From a virus (Duplodnaviria; Caudoviricetes): 42,473 nucleotides of DNA. The notes under the pieces are model-generated. The model saw nothing but the letters and a program-made list of their open reading frames with translations. It did not search any database and had not been told where the DNA came from. The stretch covers positions 1-42,473 of IMG/VR virus record IMGVR_UViG_3300038492_000068, one strand, 5' to 3'. Both the position numbers and the translations under genes were made by a program. The first letter of the stretch is position 1; every line of letters starts with the position of its first letter. Shown piece by piece: positions 8,482 to 17,795 of this stretch.

Positions 8482-9684
8482 ATGTGTGGCATAGTTGGTT
8501 ATCTCAGCAATGAGAAGAACCCACCTAAGGAAGTTGAAAATGCCGTAACCAATATGTTGTGGGTGGACAGCATCAGAGGATATCACTCGACGGGTATTAT
8601 CTATCAGAAAGACGACGAGGTCTCCTTTTACAAGAAAGCGATGACCGGGTGGGACTTCATCCAATTGGATGAGCCGAACAAGGTGCTTACCGATTTGCGG
8701 AAGACCCCTTTCCTGATCGGGCACAATCGGGCAGCAACGCAGGGTACAATAACCCATGCTAATGCACACCCGTTTGCTTTCGACCACATTGTCGGTGTCC
8801 ATAACGGCACACTAACTTATCCGTCTGCTCTTAATCCGGGGGACTATTTCCCGGTGGACAGTATGCACGCCTACAAGTCCATCTCTGTTCGTGGTGCCAT
8901 TGAGACAATACCCCGACTTCAGGGCAGCTTCGCTCTGTTCTGGCATGACAGTTCGGATAACACTGTTCACTTCATACGGAACGAGTCTCGGCCTTTCACT
9001 TTCCTCAAGGTGAAAGACAAGGAGATACTTCTTTCTGCCAGTGAAAAGGATATGCTGAAGTGGATAGTCAGACGAGAGGGCCTAAAGGTAGAGTATTGCT
9101 GGGACCCGAAGCCGTATCACGAGTACATTTTTAACCTCGATGAAGACGCCATTATTCCTGACAGGGTGGTAGAGCGTAAGAGGTACGTTGCTCCGCCTCA
9201 GAAAAAACAAAATAACAAGAAAAAAGAGGACCCTCATGCAAAAAAGCAGAACGGGTACCAGCCACCGCAGGAGCCAGTATCTATCGCTTTCTTCATCGAC
9301 TGTTTTGTCCCCAACCAACACCTATCCAATGGGGTGAGAACTTTCACCGCGTATGGGGAGAGCGAGAGCGGCAAGGAGGTTATATGCTACGCAGTGGAGG
9401 AAGGAGAGCTAGAAGAAGACATCTGGTATATCGGTCCCGCGTATTGGGTAGAAAGTAAAGTCAACAAGCCCTACTACCAACTCACCGGGCACAACATCAA
9501 GCCTCACCCTGTAGAGGTAAACAAGGATGCGGTGAATATTTGCACCAATTGCACCCATGACTTCGCCGATGAGGAAGTGGTGTGGGTAGACAACGCTCCT
9601 GTCTGTATCGCTTGTGCCCAGCAACTCAACGTCAAAGACAAAGACGTTCACGAATCCGAACGTCACAAGTTACACATTCACTGA
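8482..9684 (+). CDS. Class II (Ntn) glutamine amidotransferase with a C-terminal Cys4 motif
   Basis: MCGIVG, RGYHSTG, GHNRAAT, NAHPF, HNGTL; CTNC...CIAC. Confidence 0.9.
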   Translation: MCGIVGYLSNEKNPPKEVENAVTNMLWVDSIRGYHSTGIIYQKDDEVSFYKKAMTGWDFIQLDEPNKVLTDLRKTPFLIGHNRAATQGTITHANAHPFAFDHIVGVHNGTLTYPSALNPGDYFPVDSMHAYKSISVRGAIETIPRLQGSFALFWHDSSDNTVHFIRNESRPFTFLKVKDKEILLSASEKDMLKWIVRREGLKVEYCWDPKPYHEYIFNLDEDAIIPDRVVERKRYVAPPQKKQNNKKKEDPHAKKQNGYQPPQEPVSIAFFIDCFVPNQHLSNGVRTFTAYGESESGKEVICYAVEEGELEEDIWYIGPAYWVESKVNKPYYQLTGHNIKPHPVEVNKDAVNICTNCTHDFADEEVVWVDNAPVCIACAQQLNVKDKDVHESERHKLHIH

Positions 9685-9692
9685 GGTAAATC

Positions 9693-10574
9693 ATGACTAC
9701 AATTGTTCGCCGACGAAAGCTCGGCATGAAAAGCGTCAAAGGAATCTGTGATGCCAGCACCACCGGCATCCAGTTTGCCAACAACTATGAGGTAATACCT
9801 CACGACGATGTTTACATCCGTTGGGGCTGCACCTCCAATGTTCCCGGCAGCCCGGTGGCTGGCGGAGAACACCAAATAATCAACTCAGCCAAAGCAATTC
9901 ACCGTGTTGCTGATAAGACAGGCTTTCGTGTCGCCCTTAATGAGGTCGGACTGTGCCCTCCAACTTGGTTTGACTTCGAATCTTGGTTACGAGATAACTG
10001 GGATCATCTTGAAGTAGTAGGGGACGCAGAAAAATGTCCTAAAACAATTTGTCGGACCCGTACTCATGCTCAGGGTCGAGGACTGTGGACGTATGAACAT
10101 CCTGAGCTAGTGGAGGAATTCTTCGACAATCACCCGGACGGATACGCAAACTTATTCATAGACAAGGTCGCTGAGTTCCGGGTATTTGTTATGCAGGGCC
10201 GGGTAGTATGGGTGGCGGAAAAGACTCCGGGTAACCCTGAAGATGTAGCATGGAACGTAGCCAAAGGGGGGCGCTTTGACAATGTCCGCTGGGGGGACTG
10301 GAATATAAACGTCCTTCAAAATGCGCTGGACTCCTGGGAATTGTCTAAACTACACTTCTCCGGTATTGATGTGATGCTGGATAAAGAGGGACAGGCATGG
10401 TGTGTCGAGGCGAACAGCGCACCGTCACAGACTAGCCCTTACCGGCAATCATGTGTAGCCAAAGCCTTCGACTGGATGGTGAACAACAATAAATACAACC
10501 GTCGTGAGTTCGACGAGACCGTGGTGCTAGACTGGAAGGATGCAATTCATCCGGGGGTGAAAGATGTCGCATGA
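9693..10574 (+). CDS. ATP-grasp ligase (RimK/glutathione synthetase-like)
   Basis: IRWG, EFRVFV, WNVAKGGRF, GIDVM, EANSAP. Confidence 0.85.
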   Translation: MTTIVRRRKLGMKSVKGICDASTTGIQFANNYEVIPHDDVYIRWGCTSNVPGSPVAGGEHQIINSAKAIHRVADKTGFRVALNEVGLCPPTWFDFESWLRDNWDHLEVVGDAEKCPKTICRTRTHAQGRGLWTYEHPELVEEFFDNHPDGYANLFIDKVAEFRVFVMQGRVVWVAEKTPGNPEDVAWNVAKGGRFDNVRWGDWNINVLQNALDSWELSKLHFSGIDVMLDKEGQAWCVEANSAPSQTSPYRQSCVAKAFDWMVNNNKYNRREFDETVVLDWKDAIHPGVKDVA

Positions 10575-10671
10575 GGCAGTAGAACGCTGGCCCCGCAAGA
10601 AGTACAAAAGGAGTGATAATGTAGTAATTTCCCGAAGTAAAGGAGAATAATTGTAATACAAGGAGGTTTTC

Positions 10672-12360
10672 ATGACAGGACAAAGAACAGGGCTGCCGTG
10701 CATTGAGTGCGACAGCTCGGATGCAATGACTATCTACCCGAAAGGGGATGGTTATTGCTTTAGCTGTGAGACATACTTCACACCACGTCAAGTTGAGGAT
10801 GGTGAAACATCCCCGCTGCCTGACCATCCTCGCCCTCCAAAAGTGAGGAAGGATCGGACAGTACAACCTGTCGCACCGTCAGCCGTACCATCAAGGGGAC
10901 TTGAGCAAAGTACGCTGGAGTATTATGGTGTGGGTGTGGAACACAGCGAGACCAGCGGCGAGGTCGAGAGCCTAGTGTTTCCTATCTACCGAGACGGTAA
11001 GGAGACGGGCCAAAAGATCAAGCAGTTGGAAACCAAGCAGTACACCGCCCGTGGCTCGGCGAAGAACCCGGACCTTTTCGGTTCGTGGAAATGCCGGGAA
11101 GGTGGTAAACTGCTTATCATCACGGAGGGGGAAGAGGACTGCATGTCCGTTTACCAGCTTCTCAGAGAGGCAGGTAAAGATTACAATGTTGTATCACTCC
11201 CTAACGGAGGCTCTAGTGCAGCGGTGCGTAAGCACCTCAACTGGATTGAGCAGTTCGATAGCATTGTTCTCAACCTCGACAATGACGAGGTAGGTCAGCG
11301 GTGCGCCACTGAGATAGCAGAGATAATCACACCGGGAAAGGTGAAGATCATGACGCTCCCTGTAAAGGACGCCAATGAATTTCTGTTGTCTCGCCGGAGT
11401 GGTAAGGATTACTTGAAGTTTCTCTGGAACGCCAAGGCCTTTGCACCTGATGGCATCATCAATCTAGCGGATTGTTGGGAGCTTATCGAGACCGAAGACA
11501 TGAAGCCCTCGACCCCCTATCCTTGGAAGGGCTTGAACTCAAAACTGTATGGCATCAGGGAGCGAGAGATCGTGACCTTCACTGCTGGTACAGGGGTGGG
11601 TAAGTCCGCGGTAGTACGGGAGCTAGAGCATTGGTTACTCATGCAGACCCCGGACAATATCGGAGTGATGGCTCTGGAAGAGTCAACCGAGCGCACTATT
11701 TGGGGCGTGATGAGTGTCGAGGCAAACATGAACCTTGCCGTAAAAGAGAAACGGATTGAAGCTCTACAGAACGGGGCGTTTACTCAAGAGGATAAGCGTA
11801 AATGGTTTGACGCCACTCACGGGACAGGACGCATTCACACATGGGATCACTGGGGCAGCGCGGGGGAGCGGAATCTCCTAACCAAGCTGAGGTATATGAT
11901 CAAGGGTCTCGGCTGTAAGTGGGTGTTCCTCGACCACCTGAATATCCTCGTGTCCTCTATGGAGGATAACGGGGACGAACGACGTGCCATCGACAGTATC
12001 ATGACCAAGCTTCGGAAGCTCTGCGAAGAGACCGGGGCAGGTATGGTTCTAGTGTGTCACCTCAGCCGAAAGGCGGGAGACAAGGGGCACGAGCAGGGTG
12101 CTGAAGTCTCACTGGCCCACCTCCGAGGGTCACAGGCCATCGCTCAACTGTCTGATGGAGTCGTTGCACTTGAACGAAACCAACAAGCAGAGGATGCGAA
12201 GGAAGCTAACCTTACTAAAATCAGGGTACTCAAGAACAGATATGCCGGGCCGGTTGGGCCGTGTGGTTATTTGGCCTACGACGATAACACCGGACGGTTG
12301 ACGGAAGTCTTCAATATAAACGAATATCTGGCACCCTCACCTGAAGAAGCAGGAGTATGA
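10672..12360 (+). CDS. DNA primase-helicase (T7 gp4-like)
   Basis: Zn finger CIEC..CFSC; TOPRIM TEGEEDC and DNDEVG; Walker A AGTGVGKS; FLDHL; LRGSQAIAQLSD; KNRYAG. Confidence 0.95.
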   Translation: MTGQRTGLPCIECDSSDAMTIYPKGDGYCFSCETYFTPRQVEDGETSPLPDHPRPPKVRKDRTVQPVAPSAVPSRGLEQSTLEYYGVGVEHSETSGEVESLVFPIYRDGKETGQKIKQLETKQYTARGSAKNPDLFGSWKCREGGKLLIITEGEEDCMSVYQLLREAGKDYNVVSLPNGGSSAAVRKHLNWIEQFDSIVLNLDNDEVGQRCATEIAEIITPGKVKIMTLPVKDANEFLLSRRSGKDYLKFLWNAKAFAPDGIINLADCWELIETEDMKPSTPYPWKGLNSKLYGIREREIVTFTAGTGVGKSAVVRELEHWLLMQTPDNIGVMALEESTERTIWGVMSVEANMNLAVKEKRIEALQNGAFTQEDKRKWFDATHGTGRIHTWDHWGSAGERNLLTKLRYMIKGLGCKWVFLDHLNILVSSMEDNGDERRAIDSIMTKLRKLCEETGAGMVLVCHLSRKAGDKGHEQGAEVSLAHLRGSQAIAQLSDGVVALERNQQAEDAKEANLTKIRVLKNRYAGPVGPCGYLAYDDNTGRLTEVFNINEYLAPSPEEAGV

Positions 12361-12361
12361 C

Positions 12362-13066
12362 ATGAAATCAGTAACGAGAATAGTGGCCGCTATCGCAGGA
12401 ATGGTAGCTATCACAACACTAGCTGTTGGACAGCTTGTCTTGCCTGATGGTTGGAAGAAATCCATACATAACAACAGCTACCAGATAGTAATGAAAGACG
12501 AGAAGAATGTGTGGCAGGGCAGTGGATTCGCTGTGGAAAAAGACCTCATAATGACGGCCTGTCATGTAGTTGACAAGAACAGAACTGTACAAATGGTTCG
12601 GCACTATTACGAACATCATCGTGTTTTCAAAGGAGAGGTTGTCTACTGTAATGAAGCCACAGATGTTGCCCTAATAAGGCTGAACAAGAAGGATGAGGAA
12701 GTTGAGCCTGCTGTTTTCGAGCAAGGACACCTATTCGACACTACCTATAACATGGGGCTAGGAGGCGACTGGGGGCCTGTTGTCCGATCAGGATTCGTTG
12801 GGGTATACCACCCCGGATTTGGTCTGGACCAGAGAATGAACCCAGGATTTCCGGCAGACTACGGTGACTCAGGTAGTGCCATATACAATGAAGCTGGACG
12901 GGTTATTGCAATGCTTACAGCAGTCCGGATGTATGGTATACCTATCGGACGGTGGGGATGGGAAGACATACCGAGCGCACTTCTGTCTGCCGCTGTAGGT
13001 CATAAGATGTTACGCTTAGCGGTAGACCATATCAACCTGCCACCAAGGGGGAACCCGCACCAATGA
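12362..13066 (+). CDS. Trypsin-like serine protease with N-terminal signal/anchor
   Basis: GSGF, TACHV (His), DVALI (Asp), GDSGS (Ser). Confidence 0.85.
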   Translation: MKSVTRIVAAIAGMVAITTLAVGQLVLPDGWKKSIHNNSYQIVMKDEKNVWQGSGFAVEKDLIMTACHVVDKNRTVQMVRHYYEHHRVFKGEVVYCNEATDVALIRLNKKDEEVEPAVFEQGHLFDTTYNMGLGGDWGPVVRSGFVGVYHPGFGLDQRMNPGFPADYGDSGSAIYNEAGRVIAMLTAVRMYGIPIGRWGWEDIPSALLSAAVGHKMLRLAVDHINLPPRGNPHQ

Positions 13067-13536
13067 GCCGCTTGATGTTTGATATAGAGGGGGATGAGTT
13101 GTTGCACACTGTCAAGAATATATGGTGCATCGTTACTCAGGACATCGACTCCGGAGAGGTAAGGCAGTACCCTCCGGAGCTAGTCGATGAAGGTATTGAA
13201 GCCTTGAAGAAAGCCGACATGCTGTCAGGACACAACATTATAGGCTACGACCTTCCTGCCATCTGGAAACTCAAGGGAGAGTGGGATGTTGTTCCACTTA
13301 TACTTGACACACTGGTCACATCCCGCTTCCTACTGCCCGAACGATTCGGGGGACACAGTCTGGAAGCATGGGGCAAACGCCTTGGTCACCGAAAGATTGA
13401 GTTTAGTGACTTCTCAAAGTACACTCCCGAAATGTTGGAGTATTGTACCGGGGACGTAGGATTAAACGTCAAGGTCTATAGGGAATTGGAGAAAGAGCAT
13501 GGAGCTGCCTTCGAAGGATATAAAGTCTACCATTAA
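13063..13536 (+). CDS. 3'-5' exonuclease subunit of split DNA polymerase A
   Basis: ExoI FDIE, ExoII GHNIIGYD, HSLEAWG, ExoIII YCTGD. Confidence 0.9.
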   Translation: MSRLMFDIEGDELLHTVKNIWCIVTQDIDSGEVRQYPPELVDEGIEALKKADMLSGHNIIGYDLPAIWKLKGEWDVVPLILDTLVTSRFLLPERFGGHSLEAWGKRLGHRKIEFSDFSKYTPEMLEYCTGDVGLNVKVYRELEKEHGAAFEGYKVYH

Positions 13537-14875
13537 CGCACTATATGTGGAGCATCATGTCCAAAGAATCATCACACAGCAAGAACAAGCCGGAGTTCAG
13601 TTTAACAAGACCCGAGCATTATTCTATGTACACTCGCTTAAGGAAAGACAGTCCGAACTCTATCGTAAAATTAGAACATATCTGTCGCTTGAACTGTCCG
13701 TACCTTATGATCGACCTGTATCACGACCGTATCTCAAATCAGGTAGCCTTAGCTCTCAGGTCACGCAGTGGTATAAAGAGGGTGACATACCAAGCATTGC
13801 AGGGCCCTTTACTAGAGTCGAATTTGTGGAGCCTGATCTCGGAAAGCGTCAGAAGTTGGTTGCCCAGCTCCTACGATTGGGCTGGAAGCCTACTGCTTAC
13901 ACTGAGAAAGGAAATCCTAAACTTACCGTCGAGGGTCAGCCGTGTCCAGCACTCGCCAAGCTCGACAATAAGGTTGGTCGTTGGATCGCAGACTGGTACA
14001 CCTACCGACACCGGCAGTCCCAGATCGAAGGATGGCTTAAGCTCGTCCGAGAAGACGGACGAATCTCCGCCCAAGCAATTACTATTGGAACACCAACCTT
14101 CAGATTCAGACATAAAGGAGTAGTCAATGTTCCGAAAGCTGCGAAGAAGGTTCTGTTCGGCCGTCAAATGCGGAGCCTATTTACTGTACGGCCTGGATAC
14201 AGACTCGTGGGCTATGATGCCTCGGGACTGGAACTCCGAATGCTTGCCGATGCCATCAACGACGAAGTATTCACACAATCAGTTATTAACGGAAGACAGG
14301 AGGATGGAACAGATGTTCACTCAAAGAACCAGAGGGATGCTAATCTTCCTACGAGAGATGACGCCAAAACTTTCATATATGCATTCATCTATGGAGCAGG
14401 AGATGCAAAACTTGGAAGGATTATTGGTGGAGGAAGGGTGGCAGGTAGCCGAATTAGACAGAGATTCCTGCAAGCAAATCCAAAGCTTGCTCAGTGCATT
14501 GCAGACACTAAAAGGGCAGCTCGCCGAGGTTACCTTGTCGGCATCGATGGCCGAAAGATCACTCTCAGAAAAGACCCGAGAACAGGTGAGGTCCAAACTC
14601 ACAAAGCCCTGAACACCCGGCTTCAATCGGCAGGCGCTATCGTCATGAAATGGGCGATGGTTATACTGGACGATTGGATTCACCAGTACCAGCTCGATGC
14701 CCCTAAGGTTATCGACATGCACGACGAGGGACAGAATGAAGTAATTGAAAAGGACACCAAACTATTTTCCTACCTAGCCCCGAACTCTATTCGAGTGGCG
14801 GGCGAAATACTAAACCTTAACGTACCACTAGCAGGAGAGGCTAAAACTGGCCTGAACTGGGCTCAAACCCACTAA
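13499..14875 (+). CDS. Family A DNA polymerase, polymerase domain
   Basis: Motif A YDASGLELR, motif B RDDAKTFIYAFIYGAG, ALNTRLQSAGA, motif C MHDE. Confidence 0.95.
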   Translation: MELPSKDIKSTINALYVEHHVQRIITQQEQAGVQFNKTRALFYVHSLKERQSELYRKIRTYLSLELSVPYDRPVSRPYLKSGSLSSQVTQWYKEGDIPSIAGPFTRVEFVEPDLGKRQKLVAQLLRLGWKPTAYTEKGNPKLTVEGQPCPALAKLDNKVGRWIADWYTYRHRQSQIEGWLKLVREDGRISAQAITIGTPTFRFRHKGVVNVPKAAKKVLFGRQMRSLFTVRPGYRLVGYDASGLELRMLADAINDEVFTQSVINGRQEDGTDVHSKNQRDANLPTRDDAKTFIYAFIYGAGDAKLGRIIGGGRVAGSRIRQRFLQANPKLAQCIADTKRAARRGYLVGIDGRKITLRKDPRTGEVQTHKALNTRLQSAGAIVMKWAMVILDDWIHQYQLDAPKVIDMHDEGQNEVIEKDTKLFSYLAPNSIRVAGEILNLNVPLAGEAKTGLNWAQTH

Positions 14876-14911
14876 TTCATGTAGTAATTGGGCCCCCCAA
14901 CGGAGAATAAT

Positions 14912-15403
14912 ATGTATATAGACAATAAATTTGTCGAGAAATATGATGGCATGATCACTCACTGCCTGAACAAGGCGGGGGTGCGAGGCGATCGTTTCGA
15001 TGACATTAAGTCGAAAGTCTATGAGCGAATTATAGAGGCTGAAAACTACGATGAGAGCAAGGGCAAGATATCTACGTGGCTTTGGTACGTAATTCGCTCC
15101 GTAATTAGCAACGAGAAAAAGAGGGCGTCCCGTAGTAAGGATGCGCTCGATCAAGAATCTGTGTCCATCAAAGAGGCCGAATGGGTCGTCGGAGTGGAGG
15201 ACGCAGGTACGGCAGAGGATGAGCTTAATCGTTTATTCCGAGCCGCCCCTATCTCCAAGCGAGATGAGTCTATCCTGAAGGATTTCTATCTGGAAGACTA
15301 CTCAGCGCAGGAGTGTGCCGACCGTTATAACATGGAAGTACGAGCAGTTCAACAGGTTATATACCGGTCAATGAAGGCTCTTCGGCAAATAGCCGAGGCT
15401 TAA
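14912..15403 (+). CDS. Phage RNA polymerase sigma factor (ECF-like)
   Basis: YDESKGKISTWLW (region 2); C-terminal HTH YSAQECADRYNMEVRAVQQVIYR; GGAG RBS before ATG 14912. Confidence 0.8.
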   Translation: MYIDNKFVEKYDGMITHCLNKAGVRGDRFDDIKSKVYERIIEAENYDESKGKISTWLWYVIRSVISNEKKRASRSKDALDQESVSIKEAEWVVGVEDAGTAEDELNRLFRAAPISKRDESILKDFYLEDYSAQECADRYNMEVRAVQQVIYRSMKALRQIAEA

Positions 15404-15427
15404 CCTGAAACCAACAAAGGAAACACA

Positions 15428-16018
15428 ATGACATTAGAGTTAGATAAAATGCACACCAAAGCAAAACTTCCTCGTGTGGATGAGGGCACTTACCCTGCTC
15501 GCATTTGCACAATCGCTGATCTTGGTGTTCAAGAGCAGACTGATTATAGGACTGGGGAGAAGATTGACCCCAAGCCTCGCGTTTTGCTGACGTGGGAACT
15601 GCCCACGGAACTCATCGAGGTAGAGCATAACGACGGTTCGAAAGAAGAACTGCCGCGCCTTATCTCTAAAGAGTACACGCTGTCGAACTTCGAGCATTCG
15701 AATCTTATGATACTGATCAGGGCTATCAAGCCCGGTCTCGCCAGCCTCACCGAGTTGCTGGACGTAGAGTGCATGATTAACGTAGGCTCGACATCAAATG
15801 GTAATGCGAAGGTCACTTCTGTAATGCCTGCCCCGAAAGGGATGCCGGTACCGGACCTGACTAAAGCGGCTTCCTTCTTTGACTTCGACAATCCGGACGA
15901 AGCGCTGTTCTTGGACCTGCCTACATGGGTACGTATCAAGATCAAGAACGCTGAGAACTACTCCGGGTTTGCGGACGAGTGGGAAGCGGTAGAAGAAACT
16001 GAAGAGGAAGCAGCGTAA
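15428..16018 (+). CDS. Putative ssDNA-binding/replication protein
   Basis: GTYPARI..IADLGVQ motif, acidic C-terminus, location in the replication module. Confidence 0.55.
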   Translation: MTLELDKMHTKAKLPRVDEGTYPARICTIADLGVQEQTDYRTGEKIDPKPRVLLTWELPTELIEVEHNDGSKEELPRLISKEYTLSNFEHSNLMILIRAIKPGLASLTELLDVECMINVGSTSNGNAKVTSVMPAPKGMPVPDLTKAASFFDFDNPDEALFLDLPTWVRIKIKNAENYSGFADEWEAVEETEEEAA

Positions 16019-16293
16019 TGACTGAAGTCGCTAAGGACAGCGTAGAAAACTTCGAGACACCGGATTATATCCTGTCTATCGGAGTACACGAAGACCTGCC
16101 AATCTATCAGGTAGTCAACAAGGTAACCGGAGTAATGGAGTACCAAGACTATCTTCTGCCTCGGGCTATCGAGTCCTTGCAAGCGATGCAGAAGCAACTC
16201 ATAGAAGTGCGCGATCGTTTCAACGGACCAGATGTTCCGAAGCTTTCCCTCTTAGATGGAGGTAATGATGATGAAACCGGAGGTTTACATTGA
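16018..16293 (+). CDS. Hypothetical protein
   Basis: TAATG coupling with the upstream gene. Confidence 0.75.
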   Translation: MTEVAKDSVENFETPDYILSIGVHEDLPIYQVVNKVTGVMEYQDYLLPRAIESLQAMQKQLIEVRDRFNGPDVPKLSLLDGGNDDETGGLH

Positions 16294-17089
16294 TGGAGAT
16301 GTCCTGCCGTATAAGGTAGGTTTTTCCACTCAACATTCAATCTTCCGGCTCGACGAGGTGGGGCTGCATTCGTGCAGCCCTGTCTTTATCTGCCAAGGAA
16401 AGACCAAGGTTAATAGATTCCTGAAGGAATGTCCTGATCTTCTCCTGTCAGAGAGATTATTTGTCGAGAGCCCAATGCAAGCCATCACTACACTGAAGAA
16501 CGCTATACAAAATATTGTACAAGGAAGTCAGTGTGAGATGTTTAAGGTGGTTATATCTGGTGAAGGTAACTTTCGAGAGAAGGTCGCCACTATCCAGAAG
16601 TATAAAGGCAACCGGGAGAACTTTGAAAAGCCGCGCAACTGGCAGTTGTTACGAGACTGGTTGGCGGACAAGCCTTACACCATAATCGCCGAGGGTGAGG
16701 AAGCAGATGACGTGATCTCACGAGCCATGATGGCCGGACATGTTGGTGCTACTATCGACAAAGACCTCGACAACACGCCAGGGCTGCATTACAACTTCAA
16801 CAAGGGAGTAAGATATGAAGTCACTGAAGAAGAAGCAATGCGAAACTTCTACACCCAGTGCCTCACAGGAGACACAGCCGACAACATCCCCGGAATCCGA
16901 GGTATCGGTCCAGCAAAAGCTGGCAAAATACTTAGCGAATGCAGTGATCGAAATGAATATGAGGAAGCTGTTCTCAGAGTCTATCGTGAGAAATATGATG
17001 ACCCGGTTGCTGCACTCACAGAAGTCGGACAACTCTTGTGGATGCGCCGGGAGGAAGAAGAGATGTGGACGCCTTTATGTGTCTCATAA
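16268..17089 (+). CDS. 5'-3' exonuclease (T7 gp6-like)
   Basis: IDGD, NFR, YKGNR, EADD, DKDL, GDTADNIPGIRGIG; track 16256..17089, exact start uncertain. Confidence 0.9.
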   Translation: MMKPEVYIDGDVLPYKVGFSTQHSIFRLDEVGLHSCSPVFICQGKTKVNRFLKECPDLLLSERLFVESPMQAITTLKNAIQNIVQGSQCEMFKVVISGEGNFREKVATIQKYKGNRENFEKPRNWQLLRDWLADKPYTIIAEGEEADDVISRAMMAGHVGATIDKDLDNTPGLHYNFNKGVRYEVTEEEAMRNFYTQCLTGDTADNIPGIRGIGPAKAGKILSECSDRNEYEEAVLRVYREKYDDPVAALTEVGQLLWMRREEEEMWTPLCVS

Positions 17090-17110
17090 TGGCAGAAATG
17101 GAGATTAAAA

Positions 17111-17467
17111 ATGAAAGGAGTAATTGAATGGAATTCATTGAAGCGTTTATCGGCAGCGTTGCTGCTGCTGCTCTCATCTGTTGGCTGGTCTGGCGCACTT
17201 TCGGCTGACTACTGGTTGATACAACTCAAGCTCCCCGAAGGAAATGAGATAAGCGTAGAGAGATTTATAGGATACTACGATTGTCGAGATCGGGGGATTA
17301 AAAATCAAGACATGCTGGCTGCATTCTCTATCCGCACCGGCTTTGTCTGCCTATCTACTCAAGAAAGAAAGGAGATGCAAGGTGCCAAGGAAGACGCCAC
17401 CATTCACCAACTACCCGGCTTGGACTCAGGCAAGGTTCTTCGGTTTTATCCGGAGTGGCCTTCGTGA
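17111..17467 (+). CDS. Hypothetical secreted/membrane protein
   Basis: GGAG RBS and hydrophobic N-terminus; 3' end overlaps the HNH gene. Confidence 0.5.
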   Translation: MKGVIEWNSLKRLSAALLLLLSSVGWSGALSADYWLIQLKLPEGNEISVERFIGYYDCRDRGIKNQDMLAAFSIRTGFVCLSTQERKEMQGAKEDATIHQLPGLDSGKVLRFYPEWPS

Positions 17468-17795
17468 AAAGTTCAACCGGTACCCACCTAAATACGAGGT
17501 GCTAAAGAAAGCCTCGGAGACGGTTCCAGTTCTAGACATAGATGGTAACCCCATCAGATATAAGTCAGGACTCCGGGCCGGGAGCATACGTCACGTAAAG
17601 CTCTACCAATGCGCATCATGCAAGCAAAAATTCAAGCAGAAAGACGTACAAGTTGACCATGTCGTACCGGCAGGGTCCCTCAAAAGCTTTAAAGACCTCC
17701 CGACATTTGTGGAGAATCTCTTCTGCTCAGAGGATGGCCTTCAGGTTTTGTGCATGGATTGCCACAAAGCAAAAACAGACAAGGAGAGAGAATAG
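17382..17795 (+). CDS. HNH endonuclease
   Basis: YQCASC, VQVDHV, LQVLCMDCHKAKT; likely GTG start 17382 after AGGAG. Confidence 0.85.
   Translation: MPRKTPPFTNYPAWTQARFFGFIRSGLREKFNRYPPKYEVLKKASETVPVLDIDGNPIRYKSGLRAGSIRHVKLYQCASCKQKFKQKDVQVDHVVPAGSLKSFKDLPTFVENLFCSEDGLQVLCMDCHKAKTDKERE

Noticed and set aside
13545-14612. Alternative-frame ORFs within the polymerase gene (192 and 161 aa)
   Set aside because: No motifs; explained as off-frame shadows of the polymerase gene.
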